A stretch of DNA of 64,000 nt. It comes from Actinomycetota bacterium. Its GTDB lineage: Bacteria > Actinomycetota > Actinomycetes > S36-B12. The stretch lies in assembly GCA_016870515.1 (NCBI GenBank), contig VGBL01000002.1, forward strand, positions 133,506 to 197,505, read 5' to 3'. The notes under the pieces were generated by a model. It searched no databases. It had not been told where the DNA came from and saw nothing but the letters and a program-made list of their open reading frames with translations. A program made the translations under genes and the position numbers. This document shows, piece after piece, positions 29,959 to 38,631 of this stretch (position 1 is the first letter of the stretch; each line of letters starts with the position of its first letter).

Positions 29959-31304
29959 CCGCGGGCGGCGCTCAGCAGGTCATCGCGTGACCACAGCGTC
30001 GTTCGGTCTCGGCCCCGCTCGGCGCCGAGGGACCTCTCCGCTTGGTCGATGCGACGCCAGCCTTCGGCGTCGACAACCGCGTCGCCCAATGCAGCATCCA
30101 CACTGGCCTCGTCGGGGTGAAGTGCCGTGAAAAAGGCTGGTGACGCTGCGTCTTCGAGCAGGCAGGCAACCGTCTGCACCGCGTCCTTCTTGTTGGTGCC
30201 GATGATCCCGGTGGGCCCACGCTTGATCCACCCGGCGACGTAGAGGCCAGGCACCGGCACGTCATTGGAGACCACGCGACCATCGACGTTGGGAATCACA
30301 TTGCGCCGTTCGTCGAAGGGAACTCCCTCGAGCGCCATGCCGCGGTATCCCACGCTGCGGATGACCGCGTCGACCGCGATCGCGTGGGTGTCGCCGGTCC
30401 CCTGAGCTCCACCTTGCTCGTCGAGTTCGGTGCGCTCCACGACCAGCCCCTCCACTCGCGTGTCACCGATGATCTCCACGGGCCGACACCGAAAGTGCAG
30501 GTGGATCCGGCGCGGGCGCTCGTCATCCGATCGACTCTCCCAGTCGGCTACTACGGCGATGTTGCGCGCCACCGCCTTGTCAGCGGCCGCGGCCTGGCTT
30601 GCCGGATCGCCGACGTCGCCCCCTTCAGCAACGATGACCTGGGTCTGCTCGAGCTCGCCGAGTTCGCGAAGTTCCTTCGTCGTCCAGGTGGCCTGGGCGG
30701 GCCCACGACGACCCACGATATGCACGTCGGTCACGCTCGATGACGCGAGTGCCTCGAGCACATGCTGCGGCATGTCGGTCCAGTCGATCTCCCCTGGCGT
30801 CTTGGAGAGCACGCGCGTGACATCGACGGCCACATTGCCTACCCCGATCACGGCAACGCTCGTGGTCTCGCGTAGGAACCCGGTGAAGGCGTCGGGTGCC
30901 ATGTCAGGGTGGCCGGTGTACCAGTTGACGAAATCGGTGGCGGCGATGCTGCCTGCGAGATCCTCACCCGGGATCCCGAGCGCGCGATCGCGGGATGCGC
31001 CGTAGGTCAGGATGATGGCGTCATAGAATGTCCGCAGTTGGCCTAATGTCACGTCGGTGCCCACGTCTACATTGCCCAGGAACCGTACACCCGGCTTGTC
31101 GAGCACCTTGTCGAGCGTGTCGCGCACCGAGCGGATGCTCACGTGATCGGGGGCAACTCCGTATCGAACCAGGCCGAACGGGCTGGGGAGCTTGTCGATG
31201 ACATCCACCGAAACCTCGATATCGTCCTGGCTAGTCAGCGCGTCGGCGGCATACATCCCCGAGGGCCCCGACCCGACGACCGCCACTCGGAGTGCTCGCT
31301 CCAT
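29955..31304 (-). CDS. fprA: FprA-type (adrenodoxin-reductase-like) NADPH-ferredoxin reductase
   Basis: VAVVGSGPSGMYAAD FAD motif, GVAPDH, VIGVGNVAVDV NADP motif, GWIKRGPTGIIGTNKKDA. Collinear with M. tuberculosis FprA as I remember it. Confidence 0.9.
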   Translation of the reverse strand: MERALRVAVVGSGPSGMYAADALTSQDDIEVSVDVIDKLPSPFGLVRYGVAPDHVSIRSVRDTLDKVLDKPGVRFLGNVDVGTDVTLGQLRTFYDAIILTYGASRDRALGIPGEDLAGSIAATDFVNWYTGHPDMAPDAFTGFLRETTSVAVIGVGNVAVDVTRVLSKTPGEIDWTDMPQHVLEALASSSVTDVHIVGRRGPAQATWTTKELRELGELEQTQVIVAEGGDVGDPASQAAAADKAVARNIAVVADWESRSDDERPRRIHLHFRCRPVEIIGDTRVEGLVVERTELDEQGGAQGTGDTHAIAVDAVIRSVGYRGMALEGVPFDERRNVIPNVDGRVVSNDVPVPGLYVAGWIKRGPTGIIGTNKKDAVQTVACLLEDAASPAFFTALHPDEASVDAALGDAVVDAEGWRRIDQAERSLGAERGRDRTTLWSRDDLLSAARG

Positions 31305-31313
31305 GTCTGCTCC

Positions 31314-31955
31314 TCAGTCCAGGCCGAGCAGGTGCCGAGCCTGGTCGAAAGCCGTCTCCGGATGCACGGGGTCGAGGAAGACCGGCAGCATGCCGACCGC
31401 TTCGGCCCCCGCGAGGTTACCGGGCTGATCATCGATGAACACGCAGTCTGCTGGGCTCACGCCCAGACGGTCGGCCACGAGCCGGTAGGCCGCGGGGTCG
31501 GGCTTCATGACGCCATCTCGCCTGCCGTCGACCAGCACGTCGAAGCTGCGGATCACGCTCACGCGGTCAATCCAGGATTGGTCGTGGAAGGCGGTCAGGT
31601 CGTTGGTCAGCGCACCGACCGGGAGTCCGGCCGCCTTGGCGTCGGCGATAAGTGCGACGGCTCCGGGGCGCACGATCTCGTCCTCCGAGCCGTCGTAGAG
31701 GTGTGCCATGAACGCCGGCATCTCGACGGGCGCGCCGGTGAGCGCCTGGAACTCCGCGCAGCGGCGGCCCCAGTAGTCGCGCTCGGTCATGCCACCGGAT
31801 TGGAAGACGCGCCAATCGTCGTCGGAGGCAGGGTCGAACGGACCCGTCCACGCGAAGGTGCCGGCGGGCAACCCCATTGATCGCTCGCCGACAGCACGTA
31901 GCTCAAAGGGAGTGAGGAGGACGGGACCGCCGAAGTCGAAGACGAGAGCGGTCAG
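31314..31955 (-). CDS. HAD family hydrolase (phosphatase-type); putative CTG start
   Basis: ORF track starts at ATG 31877, but HAD motif I (LTALVFDFGGPVLL) is encoded in frame upstream of it. The only start-like codon after the in-frame TGA (31965-31967) is CTG at 31955-31953, overlapping the upstream stop (CTGA). Motif II ALTND, motif IV FIDDQPGN. Confidence 0.7.
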   Translation of the reverse strand: MTALVFDFGGPVLLTPFELRAVGERSMGLPAGTFAWTGPFDPASDDDWRVFQSGGMTERDYWGRRCAEFQALTGAPVEMPAFMAHLYDGSEDEIVRPGAVALIADAKAAGLPVGALTNDLTAFHDQSWIDRVSVIRSFDVLVDGRRDGVMKPDPAAYRLVADRLGVSPADCVFIDDQPGNLAGAEAVGMLPVFLDPVHPETAFDQARHLLGLD

Positions 31956-32245
31956 TGCTCCTCCTCAGTGATGGTGACCATGTCGTAGCGCACGACGTCG
32001 CCGAACCACCCACACTCCCCACACCACGTCATGAACACCCGCTGGTCGCCCATCCAGTACTCAGTCGAGATACCGCCATGGGTTTCGATGCTGGCCGCGC
32101 ACATGGGGCAGAACTTCGGTCGGTCCAGTAGGTGGCGCTCCGCGTCGGGGGCGAACCACGCGCCCGGAGGCGGCAGCCGATGGGGGTCCGGAGGGAGCTG
32201 GCTCAAGGCGACCCTCGGCAGTCCCTCGTTCGCATCATCAGGCAC
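31952..32245 (-). CDS. Small 4-Cys (zinc-ribbon-like) protein, 97 aa
   Basis: GTG 32245, in frame within ORF 31952..32407, overlaps the Rieske gene end by 8 nt. CPMC...(23 aa)...CGEC pair. Acidic tail TEEEH. No family recognised. Confidence 0.55.
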   Translation of the reverse strand: MPDDANEGLPRVALSQLPPDPHRLPPPGAWFAPDAERHLLDRPKFCPMCAASIETHGGISTEYWMGDQRVFMTWCGECGWFGDVVRYDMVTITEEEH

Positions 32246-33497
32246 TCGTATTGGCCCTCTCGCGCCGTGCCCAAGCATCAGCATGCAGATCGAGAAGCTG
32301 CTGCCTCTGGGGGCTGTAGCGCATCGACCCCATCGTGATGAATGCCTCGGCGAACTCTCGTTCGGCACCGAACTTATCGCGCTCGCAAGGCAACGGAATG
32401 ATGTCATGCGACTCGCGCACGGTGCCGATCGGATCCTCGCCGTTGGCGACCTTCTTCATGTTCTCCTTGAACATCTTCCGCAGCATGGCCACGCCAGCGT
32501 CGGAACGACCCAGGTGCTCCTGCGTGCGGTCTGTCACCGCCCCCTGGCTCACCCACGCCATGATGTCCTGGCCCTCGATGTAGTCGGTGATGAACCGTCC
32601 CTGGTCGTCGCGCCAGAAGTACTCATAGAAGACCGGCCGATCCTGCTGCTCCCACTGCCCGCCCGTGGGAGCGTGGTTGGAATAGAAGAGCTTCCAGGTG
32701 GTCGTGTCGTCGACCGGCACACGGATTTGCATCTGGTCGATGCCAGCGCCGCCCACCCGCATGTAGAACGGGAAGACCAGCGGATGACCTACCTTCCAGT
32801 CATCGTTGTCTTCCGATCCACCCTCGAGGACGCGGCGCTTGAGGATGCCCCACTCCATCTCCTCGAAGCCGGTCTTCAGGTGCTTCTTCTGAAAGGACTT
32901 GGGGGCGTCGAATCCCTGCGTCTCGCCCACAAAATTGAAGTAGTAGCCATGAAGCCACTCGACGTGATGAGGATCGACGGAGTTCTCCATGATCTGCAGC
33001 CAATTGCACGGAAGCGTGGCGTAGCCGCAGTCCTTGACGCCGTCCATGACGAAGACGTCAAAGCGCGGAAGCTCGGGTGCGGGGTCGGGACCGACGTAGA
33101 CCCACACCATGCCGCCCATCACCTGGGCCTTGCCCGCCCTCTGCTTCACCCGGTCGCGGAAGTTCTGGTTGTCGGCCTCAGCGGGCTGCTCCACGCAGTT
33201 GCCCTCGAAGTCCCACTTCCAGCCGTGGTAGCCGCAGCGGATGCCGTCTTCGTGCACGACGCCATAGGTCAGGGACGCGCTGCGGTGAGGGCAGTGCTCG
33301 GCCACGATGCCGTACCTGCCGGACTTGGGTGTCTTGAAGAGCGTCCAGTCCTCGCTGAGCAGTCGCACCGTCTTGGTCGGCACAGAGTCGAAGTCCTGCT
33401 CAAAGGCGATCGGGTACCAGTAGCGACGCAGGAGTCCGCCCATGGGGGTGCCAGGGCCGACGCGGGTGAGTTCTTCGTTCTGCTCGACGGTCAGCAT
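32238..33497 (-). CDS. Rieske (2Fe-2S) non-haem-iron oxygenase, single alpha-type subunit
   Basis: ATG 33497 is preceded by GGAAGGA. Rieske CPHRSASL...CGYHGW. Mononuclear-iron motif ENSVDPHHVEWLH. No beta-subunit gene nearby, which suggests the phthalate/KshA/VanA-like class. Confidence 0.9.
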   Translation of the reverse strand: MLTVEQNEELTRVGPGTPMGGLLRRYWYPIAFEQDFDSVPTKTVRLLSEDWTLFKTPKSGRYGIVAEHCPHRSASLTYGVVHEDGIRCGYHGWKWDFEGNCVEQPAEADNQNFRDRVKQRAGKAQVMGGMVWVYVGPDPAPELPRFDVFVMDGVKDCGYATLPCNWLQIMENSVDPHHVEWLHGYYFNFVGETQGFDAPKSFQKKHLKTGFEEMEWGILKRRVLEGGSEDNDDWKVGHPLVFPFYMRVGGAGIDQMQIRVPVDDTTTWKLFYSNHAPTGGQWEQQDRPVFYEYFWRDDQGRFITDYIEGQDIMAWVSQGAVTDRTQEHLGRSDAGVAMLRKMFKENMKKVANGEDPIGTVRESHDIIPLPCERDKFGAEREFAEAFITMGSMRYSPQRQQLLDLHADAWARRERANTSA

Positions 33498-33604
33498 GCG
33501 GGGTCCTTCCAGGTACAGGTGGCTCGACGTTACCGGGTGGTGCGGGTGAGGCAAGGGATTGTTGGTCCTCCCGGGACAGGGGCGTTCCTTCCGGCGGGAC
33601 CGTT

Positions 33605-33636
33605 TCCCGGGAGGAGACCTCGGTCTCCTCCCGGGA
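33605..33636 (-). promoter_or_regulatory. Intercistronic GC-rich hairpin (14-bp perfect stem, 4-nt loop)
   Basis: tcccgggaggagac-ctcg-gtctcctcccggga, 8 nt downstream of the kinase-subunit stop. A third copy of CCTCCCGGGA lies at 33567-33576. No U-tract. Confidence 0.5.
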
Positions 33637-33643
33637 AGGTAGG

Positions 33644-35455
33644 TCAGCCAATAACGCTGACGACTCCGTTGTTGCCATCAACGCGGATCATCTGGCCGGT
33701 CTTGATGGTGGTCGTGGCGAATCCGGTGCCCGTCACGGCCGGGAGGCCGTATTCGCGGCACACGATCGCGGCGTGGCTCATCATGCCGCCGGTGTCCGTC
33801 ACGGTCGCCAGGATCTTGCCGAAGATCGGCGCCCAGGACGGCGCGGTGAGCGGTGCGACGAGAATCTCGCCCTGCTGGACCTCGCTGATCTGCTCCGGCG
33901 CGTAGATGACTCGCGCAGGCCCCTCCACCAGACCCGGGGATGCGGACATGCCGCGGAGCTCGCCCTCCTTGAGGTCGCCGCCACCGAGCCAGGAGTTCAC
34001 GCTGTCAGACGTGATTCCCCAGAGCATGACCGTGAACGGCTCGGTGATGACCTCCGGGGGCGCGCCGAGCGCGGGCACCGGCTTCCACTTGCGCAGGGCA
34101 TCACAGATCTTCTGGCGCTTGTCGATGATGGCCGGCCAACGACCAGGACCGGCCGCAGGCTCGGGCGTGGCCCACGAGACGTAGTAGTCCCAAAGGGCAT
34201 CCTCGACCTCGGTGCGCTTGAGGTAGAAGATGTCGTTGGGCTCGCTCCAGAAGCCTTCTTTGACGAAGACCTCGCCCAGCTGGCGCATCTTGCGCCAGAT
34301 GACCGAGTGGCTCCAGTGCTCGACATAGAAATTGTGGTTTTCCACGTAGGGGAAGACCACGCGAGCCAGACCCAGCTTGCCCTGGAATGCCTCGCGATCC
34401 TCGTCGGTAGCGAGCAGCTCGGAGTATTCGTTGACGACGCGGTCGCGCTCTGCGCGGATGGCATCCATCGGACGGGCGAGGTCGTCACCCGCCTGCAGCT
34501 TGACGATGTAGTCGTTGATGAACTCGAAGGGGATCTCGACGTTTTCAATCCAGATCCTGTCCGAGTGGTAGAAGCCCGATCCCGTGGAAAAGTTAAACCA
34601 CGGCTCCGCTGACTCCTGGAACGACGCGATCCAGGCTCGGCCAGCATCGCTGCCCTTGAGGATCTCGCAGGTGGCCTCGACATCACCCGCGGCAAAGGCC
34701 TCAGCGACGCCTGAGTCGAGGGCAACGCGAGCGAGGCGCTTGAGCTCCTCGTCGGGGCGGAAGAGATCGACCTCCACGCCGGCCACCATCTTGGCGATGG
34801 CGAGGTCGGGAATGCCAGGGAACGCCTCCTTGCAGAAGCCGAAGAAGTCGAGGTAGGCGGCGTAGCCGAGGTTGAGGAACTCGAAGTGGTAGTTCCACAG
34901 CTTCAGCGACAGGTCGAGCAGTGTGCGGTAGTTCTCCTGGATCCGGTAGCCGGACCCCAGACCCGCACCGGACTTCACGACCCTGTCAGCGTCCTCGATC
35001 TCAGGAAGCGGCTCGAAGTCGACCGCCTCGAGCTCCTTGACCAGGTCGCGGATCTTGATCATCCACTTGTCGTAGAGGTCGTTCCAGTTCATGAAGTAGA
35101 AGCCGGCCCGATCCATGAAGTTGGCCACGCGCGCTTCAATCATCGCGGGGTCCGCAGGGACCGGTGTGAGATAGCCGTACCCATTCAGGATGCGGAACGC
35201 GATGCCGTTGGCTGGAGGCACCTGCAGGTGACGCGTATTGTACTGCGAGAGCGACGCGATGGCGAACTCGTAGAAGGTCGCGTCCCAGGGCGTCATAACC
35301 TTGGGCCAGTGGACGCCATCCTGGAACCAGAAAATCGAGTCCTCGAACTCTCGTCGCGACTCGCTGAACAGCGACGAGTAGACGTACATGTCCTGCCAAC
35401 CCTCGGCGCCCTCAGGCGTCTCGATGTCGAACGGACTGGGGAACCGGTCGGCCAT
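33644..35455 (-). CDS. PEP-utilising (swivelling phospho-His domain) protein, phenylphosphate synthase alpha / CreH/I-like large subunit
   Basis: The C-terminal ~90 aa are the mobile His domain (ILVAPLTAPSWAPIF...TDTGGMMSHAAIVCREYGLPAV). The protein ends there, so there is no PEP/pyruvate TIM-barrel domain. The ~500-aa N-terminal region has no recognised motif. Start MADRFP (35455) has a GAGAGGAAG RBS; the ORF is open to 35491. Confidence 0.85.
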   Translation of the reverse strand: MADRFPSPFDIETPEGAEGWQDMYVYSSLFSESRREFEDSIFWFQDGVHWPKVMTPWDATFYEFAIASLSQYNTRHLQVPPANGIAFRILNGYGYLTPVPADPAMIEARVANFMDRAGFYFMNWNDLYDKWMIKIRDLVKELEAVDFEPLPEIEDADRVVKSGAGLGSGYRIQENYRTLLDLSLKLWNYHFEFLNLGYAAYLDFFGFCKEAFPGIPDLAIAKMVAGVEVDLFRPDEELKRLARVALDSGVAEAFAAGDVEATCEILKGSDAGRAWIASFQESAEPWFNFSTGSGFYHSDRIWIENVEIPFEFINDYIVKLQAGDDLARPMDAIRAERDRVVNEYSELLATDEDREAFQGKLGLARVVFPYVENHNFYVEHWSHSVIWRKMRQLGEVFVKEGFWSEPNDIFYLKRTEVEDALWDYYVSWATPEPAAGPGRWPAIIDKRQKICDALRKWKPVPALGAPPEVITEPFTVMLWGITSDSVNSWLGGGDLKEGELRGMSASPGLVEGPARVIYAPEQISEVQQGEILVAPLTAPSWAPIFGKILATVTDTGGMMSHAAIVCREYGLPAVTGTGFATTTIKTGQMIRVDGNNGVVSVIG

Positions 35456-35528
35456 CTGATCTTCCTCTCGTGTGATCGTGTCCGGAGGCACGAATCCTGG
35501 TGATCTTCTTCTGCTTTGGGATCTTTCC

Positions 35529-36605
35529 CTATTGCTTCTTGGTGTATAGCGGATTCATCAAGGTCGAGACGATGCTGGCCATCGGGTCCTTGGCTGCACC
35601 ACCCGTCACTGATTCGCGCGGCTTCTTGCTCCACACCGTCTCCGGCCGGGCCTGCAGGAGGATGATGTTCTCTCCCTCGGGCAGGTCCGCGTCGACGGCC
35701 CACTCGATGTCCTGGGGGCACCCGTAGTGTCGCTCGGCCGTCTTGGCGAGACTAGCCACTGCCTTCAATTGCACGTCGGTCATGCACGGCTTCTCGGCAC
35801 GGTCGTCGTCGATCGTGGCCTTCTCGACCGAGTCGTGATCGGTCAGTCGGTATTCGTGCGCTTTGTTGCTGATGTCGCGCTTGGTGACCTCTAGGAGCAC
35901 CTTGTCGATGAGGAAGTTGTCGGGTGTGACCTCGCCCGACACCACCCCCTCGCCGAAGCCCCAGGCCGCATCGATGGCGACCTGCGAACGGTCGCCGTTG
36001 GCCGGGTTCAGCGTGAAGGCGACTCCCGCCGCGATGGGCCGGACCATCTTCTGGATGACCACGGCCATGTCGACGGAGCGGTGCTCGTATCCCATTTCCA
36101 CGCGGTAGCACGTTGCGCGGTCGGTGAACAGGCTCGCCCAGCAACGACGCACGGCGTCTACGACGGCATCATCCCCACGGATCCACAGGTAGGTGTCGTG
36201 CTCGCCCGCGAAGGATGCGTCAGGCGAATCCTCCGACGTGGCCGACGATCGCACCGCTACCGGCAGGGAGTCGACCTCGCACTTGCGGCAGAGTTGCTCA
36301 TAGTCGAGGCGAATCCGCTCCTCGACGTGAGCAGGCAGTGGCATCGTACGGATAACGTCGCGGATCTCCGCACACACGGTGCTCACCTGCGCGGTGTCGG
36401 ATGTGTCGAGGCCGTGGAGCAGCCGCGCTAGGGTGGCATCCAGATCGGCCGCATCATGCGCCGCCCGGTAGCCAGCCGTGGTCACGGCGTAGCCGGGAGG
36501 CACGGGCAGTCCCACCCCGGTCATCTCGCCCAGACTGGCGGCCTTGCCGCCGACCTCGCTCTTCAGCCCGGGCCAGTAGCTCTCGAACCACATGGTCACG
36601 CTCAT
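35529..36605 (-). CDS. PEP/pyruvate-binding (PPDK_N, ATP-grasp) protein, phenylphosphate synthase beta / CreH/I-like small subunit
   Basis: VGGKAASLGEM..GLPVPPGYAVT and VAVRSSATSEDSPDASFAGEHDTYL signatures of the nucleotide-binding domain of PEP synthase. 358 aa. ATG 36605 overlaps the upstream stop (ATGA). Confidence 0.85.
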   Translation of the reverse strand: MSVTMWFESYWPGLKSEVGGKAASLGEMTGVGLPVPPGYAVTTAGYRAAHDAADLDATLARLLHGLDTSDTAQVSTVCAEIRDVIRTMPLPAHVEERIRLDYEQLCRKCEVDSLPVAVRSSATSEDSPDASFAGEHDTYLWIRGDDAVVDAVRRCWASLFTDRATCYRVEMGYEHRSVDMAVVIQKMVRPIAAGVAFTLNPANGDRSQVAIDAAWGFGEGVVSGEVTPDNFLIDKVLLEVTKRDISNKAHEYRLTDHDSVEKATIDDDRAEKPCMTDVQLKAVASLAKTAERHYGCPQDIEWAVDADLPEGENIILLQARPETVWSKKPRESVTGGAAKDPMASIVSTLMNPLYTKKQ

Positions 36606-37711
36606 GCGGATTCCCCCCGGCGACTGACGGGCAGTGCCCGCCCATCGAGTCCCTGCCACCAGTCGGGCAGTGCATCGAAGTCGGGTACGGCGACCTCTTG
36701 GACGCGATTGCGATAGAGCACGAGCGCGGACTCGCCACCCTCGAGCAGTCGGACGCGCACGAGCTCGGTGTTGAAGGGCTCGCCCGGGTCATAGCCCAGC
36801 GCCCAGGTGGCGAATGCACGCATGGGTCCGGAGTGCGTCGCGACGATGACGCTCTGACCGGGAGCGTCGCCGTGGACGCGCATGAGGCCTGCCCAGAAGC
36901 GCCGCACCGCCGCAACCGGGGGCTCGAACGTGAGCATCGGCATGGTGAGCCAGTGTGTGATGGGGTCGCCGCCGGCCTGCTGGATGCCCCAGAAGCGGTC
37001 CACCTCGACGAGCCAGGTGGGGCGCCCGCCTAGGCCGATGCGCTCGTACTTCTCCATCTCGGAGTGGTATTGCCGGAATGCCTGCGTAACGTCGCGGAAG
37101 CCGTCGGAGGTCATGACCTGGAAGTTGCGGAACTCCTCATAGGCCGTGACGTCACCCACCGTTGCATCGCGGCCAAAGAGGACCAGCTGATCGAGAAGGC
37201 CCCTGCGGATTCCCTCGGCGGTCTGGCGCGCCCTGTTGGTGTCGGCACACGCCATGGTCACGTGGTGTCCGGTCATGACTCGTCGCGCAAGTTCTTGCCC
37301 CCGGCGGTGCGCCTGCCACGAGCCGAGCGGCGTGAGTCCTGATTCAGTCGAGTATCCCTGAGTCTCGCCGTGCCGGACGAAGTAGACGTCGGTGACCGCG
37401 CCCTTGGTCTGGTCCTTGCGCTCCGGGATGATCTCCTTGGTACGCGTCACCTCGGCCCATGCACGTGTTGCGCCGACTTCGGCGCCCTCCCACAGCGGCA
37501 CCGGTGCATCCAGGGACGTCTCTCCGCTCCGACGATCGCGGAACCGGCGCAGGTAGAGGGGCGTCTCGTCTTCGGTCTGCGCCGGAGCGGCGACTGCGGG
37601 TTGGCCGCCTCGCGCCTCGCGCTCGAGGTAGCGCTGGAGGTAGGCCGGCGCGTCGGGGCGTTCCGTACGCGGCAGGGCAATGGGCGTGGCCTGTGGCTCG
37701 GTCATCGTCAT
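36602..37711 (-). CDS. Histidine phosphatase (phosphoglycerate-mutase-like) family protein with ~108-aa N-terminal extension
   Basis: RHG motif VYFVRHGETQGY, distal VIVATHSGPMRAF. 369 aa against ~200-230 typical. The extension holds two copies of a P.YL[QR]R[YF].[ED]R motif. Confidence 0.8.
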   Translation of the reverse strand: MTMTEPQATPIALPRTERPDAPAYLQRYLEREARGGQPAVAAPAQTEDETPLYLRRFRDRRSGETSLDAPVPLWEGAEVGATRAWAEVTRTKEIIPERKDQTKGAVTDVYFVRHGETQGYSTESGLTPLGSWQAHRRGQELARRVMTGHHVTMACADTNRARQTAEGIRRGLLDQLVLFGRDATVGDVTAYEEFRNFQVMTSDGFRDVTQAFRQYHSEMEKYERIGLGGRPTWLVEVDRFWGIQQAGGDPITHWLTMPMLTFEPPVAAVRRFWAGLMRVHGDAPGQSVIVATHSGPMRAFATWALGYDPGEPFNTELVRVRLLEGGESALVLYRNRVQEVAVPDFDALPDWWQGLDGRALPVSRRGESA

Positions 37712-37719
37712 GCCATCCC

Positions 37720-38631
37720 TTAGCTGTGCACCGTCAGGAAGCGCTGATTGACGACGCCGTCGTAGTAGAAGAGCGCCCGGCCCATTTCGCCTTCGGTCCA
37801 GGTGATGGGGGGCTCGTCGGGGTCACTCCAGTAACCGCCGGTAAAGACCTCGTTGCGATTGCCCGCCGGGTCGAAGAAGTAGATGCAGTGCCCGCGCGTA
37901 GCGCCGTGACGCGTGGGGTTGGTCTCGATACGCACGCCGTGGAAGGCGAGCACATCCGAAGCCGTGCGAATGTCGTTCCAGTCGTCAACCCAGAAGGCGA
38001 AGTGGTGCAGCCCGCCGTCTGCACCGGTCACCAGCGCGATGTCATGTGAGGAGTGCGACACCTCCAGCCAGGTGGCGATCTGGAAGCCGTCATCACCCAC
38101 CACCTGCTCGGTGAGGTGGAAGTCAAGGACGTCCTGCAGGAACGCCGTCATCCCGTTGACGTCCTCGACCGTGAGGAAGACGTGATCGATGCGCGGCGGG
38201 GCGATGCCGACCAGGCCCAACGGCCGGGGAGGCGGGTTGGTGAGCGGCAGGAGGTTGCCCACCTGCTCCATGCCGTGGATGAGCTCCATCTGGTGGCCCG
38301 AGGGGGTCTGGAAGCGGATGACCGAGCCCCCGCCCACGCCGACCTCGGCTCCCTCCAGGCGCTTGACGGGCACGCCCGCCGCCTCGAGACGTGCCGCATA
38401 GAAGTCGAGGTCGTCGAGGCTCTCCACCTTCCAGCCCATGTGCGCCAGGCCGTAGGCGGGCGCATAGGTAAGGACCACCGAATGATGCTGGTGCTCGTCC
38501 CAGCACTTCAGGTAGACGCGCTCGGGCTCCCGAGCGGTCTCCACGAGGCCGAGTACTTCGGTGTAGTAGGCCGTGGCGAGCTCAAGGTCGGGAACCTTGA
38601 TCTCCACGTGCGACAGGCGCAGGATGGCCAT
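37720..38631 (-). CDS. Catechol 2,3-dioxygenase (XylE-type extradiol dioxygenase), copy A
   Basis: 303 aa, two-module VOC fold. Metal ligands in IDHVFL, GLHHFAFW and GNRNEVF. C-terminus NQRFLTVHS is collinear with XylE. Confidence 0.92.
   Translation of the reverse strand: MAILRLSHVEIKVPDLELATAYYTEVLGLVETAREPERVYLKCWDEHQHHSVVLTYAPAYGLAHMGWKVESLDDLDFYAARLEAAGVPVKRLEGAEVGVGGGSVIRFQTPSGHQMELIHGMEQVGNLLPLTNPPPRPLGLVGIAPPRIDHVFLTVEDVNGMTAFLQDVLDFHLTEQVVGDDGFQIATWLEVSHSSHDIALVTGADGGLHHFAFWVDDWNDIRTASDVLAFHGVRIETNPTRHGATRGHCIYFFDPAGNRNEVFTGGYWSDPDEPPITWTEGEMGRALFYYDGVVNQRFLTVHS

Noticed and set aside
32031-33905. 624-aa plus-strand ORF
   Set aside because: Antisense to the Rieske oxygenase and to the 3' end of the PEP-utilising gene, both of which have strong motif support. 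A typical high-GC shadow ORF.
33644-36605. Annotating the two PEP-synthase-like genes as genuine phosphoenolpyruvate synthase or pyruvate phosphate dikinase
   Set aside because: The nucleotide-binding domain is a separate polypeptide. The His-domain protein terminates right after the swivel domain, so the PEP/pyruvate TIM-barrel domain required for PEP synthesis is absent from both.
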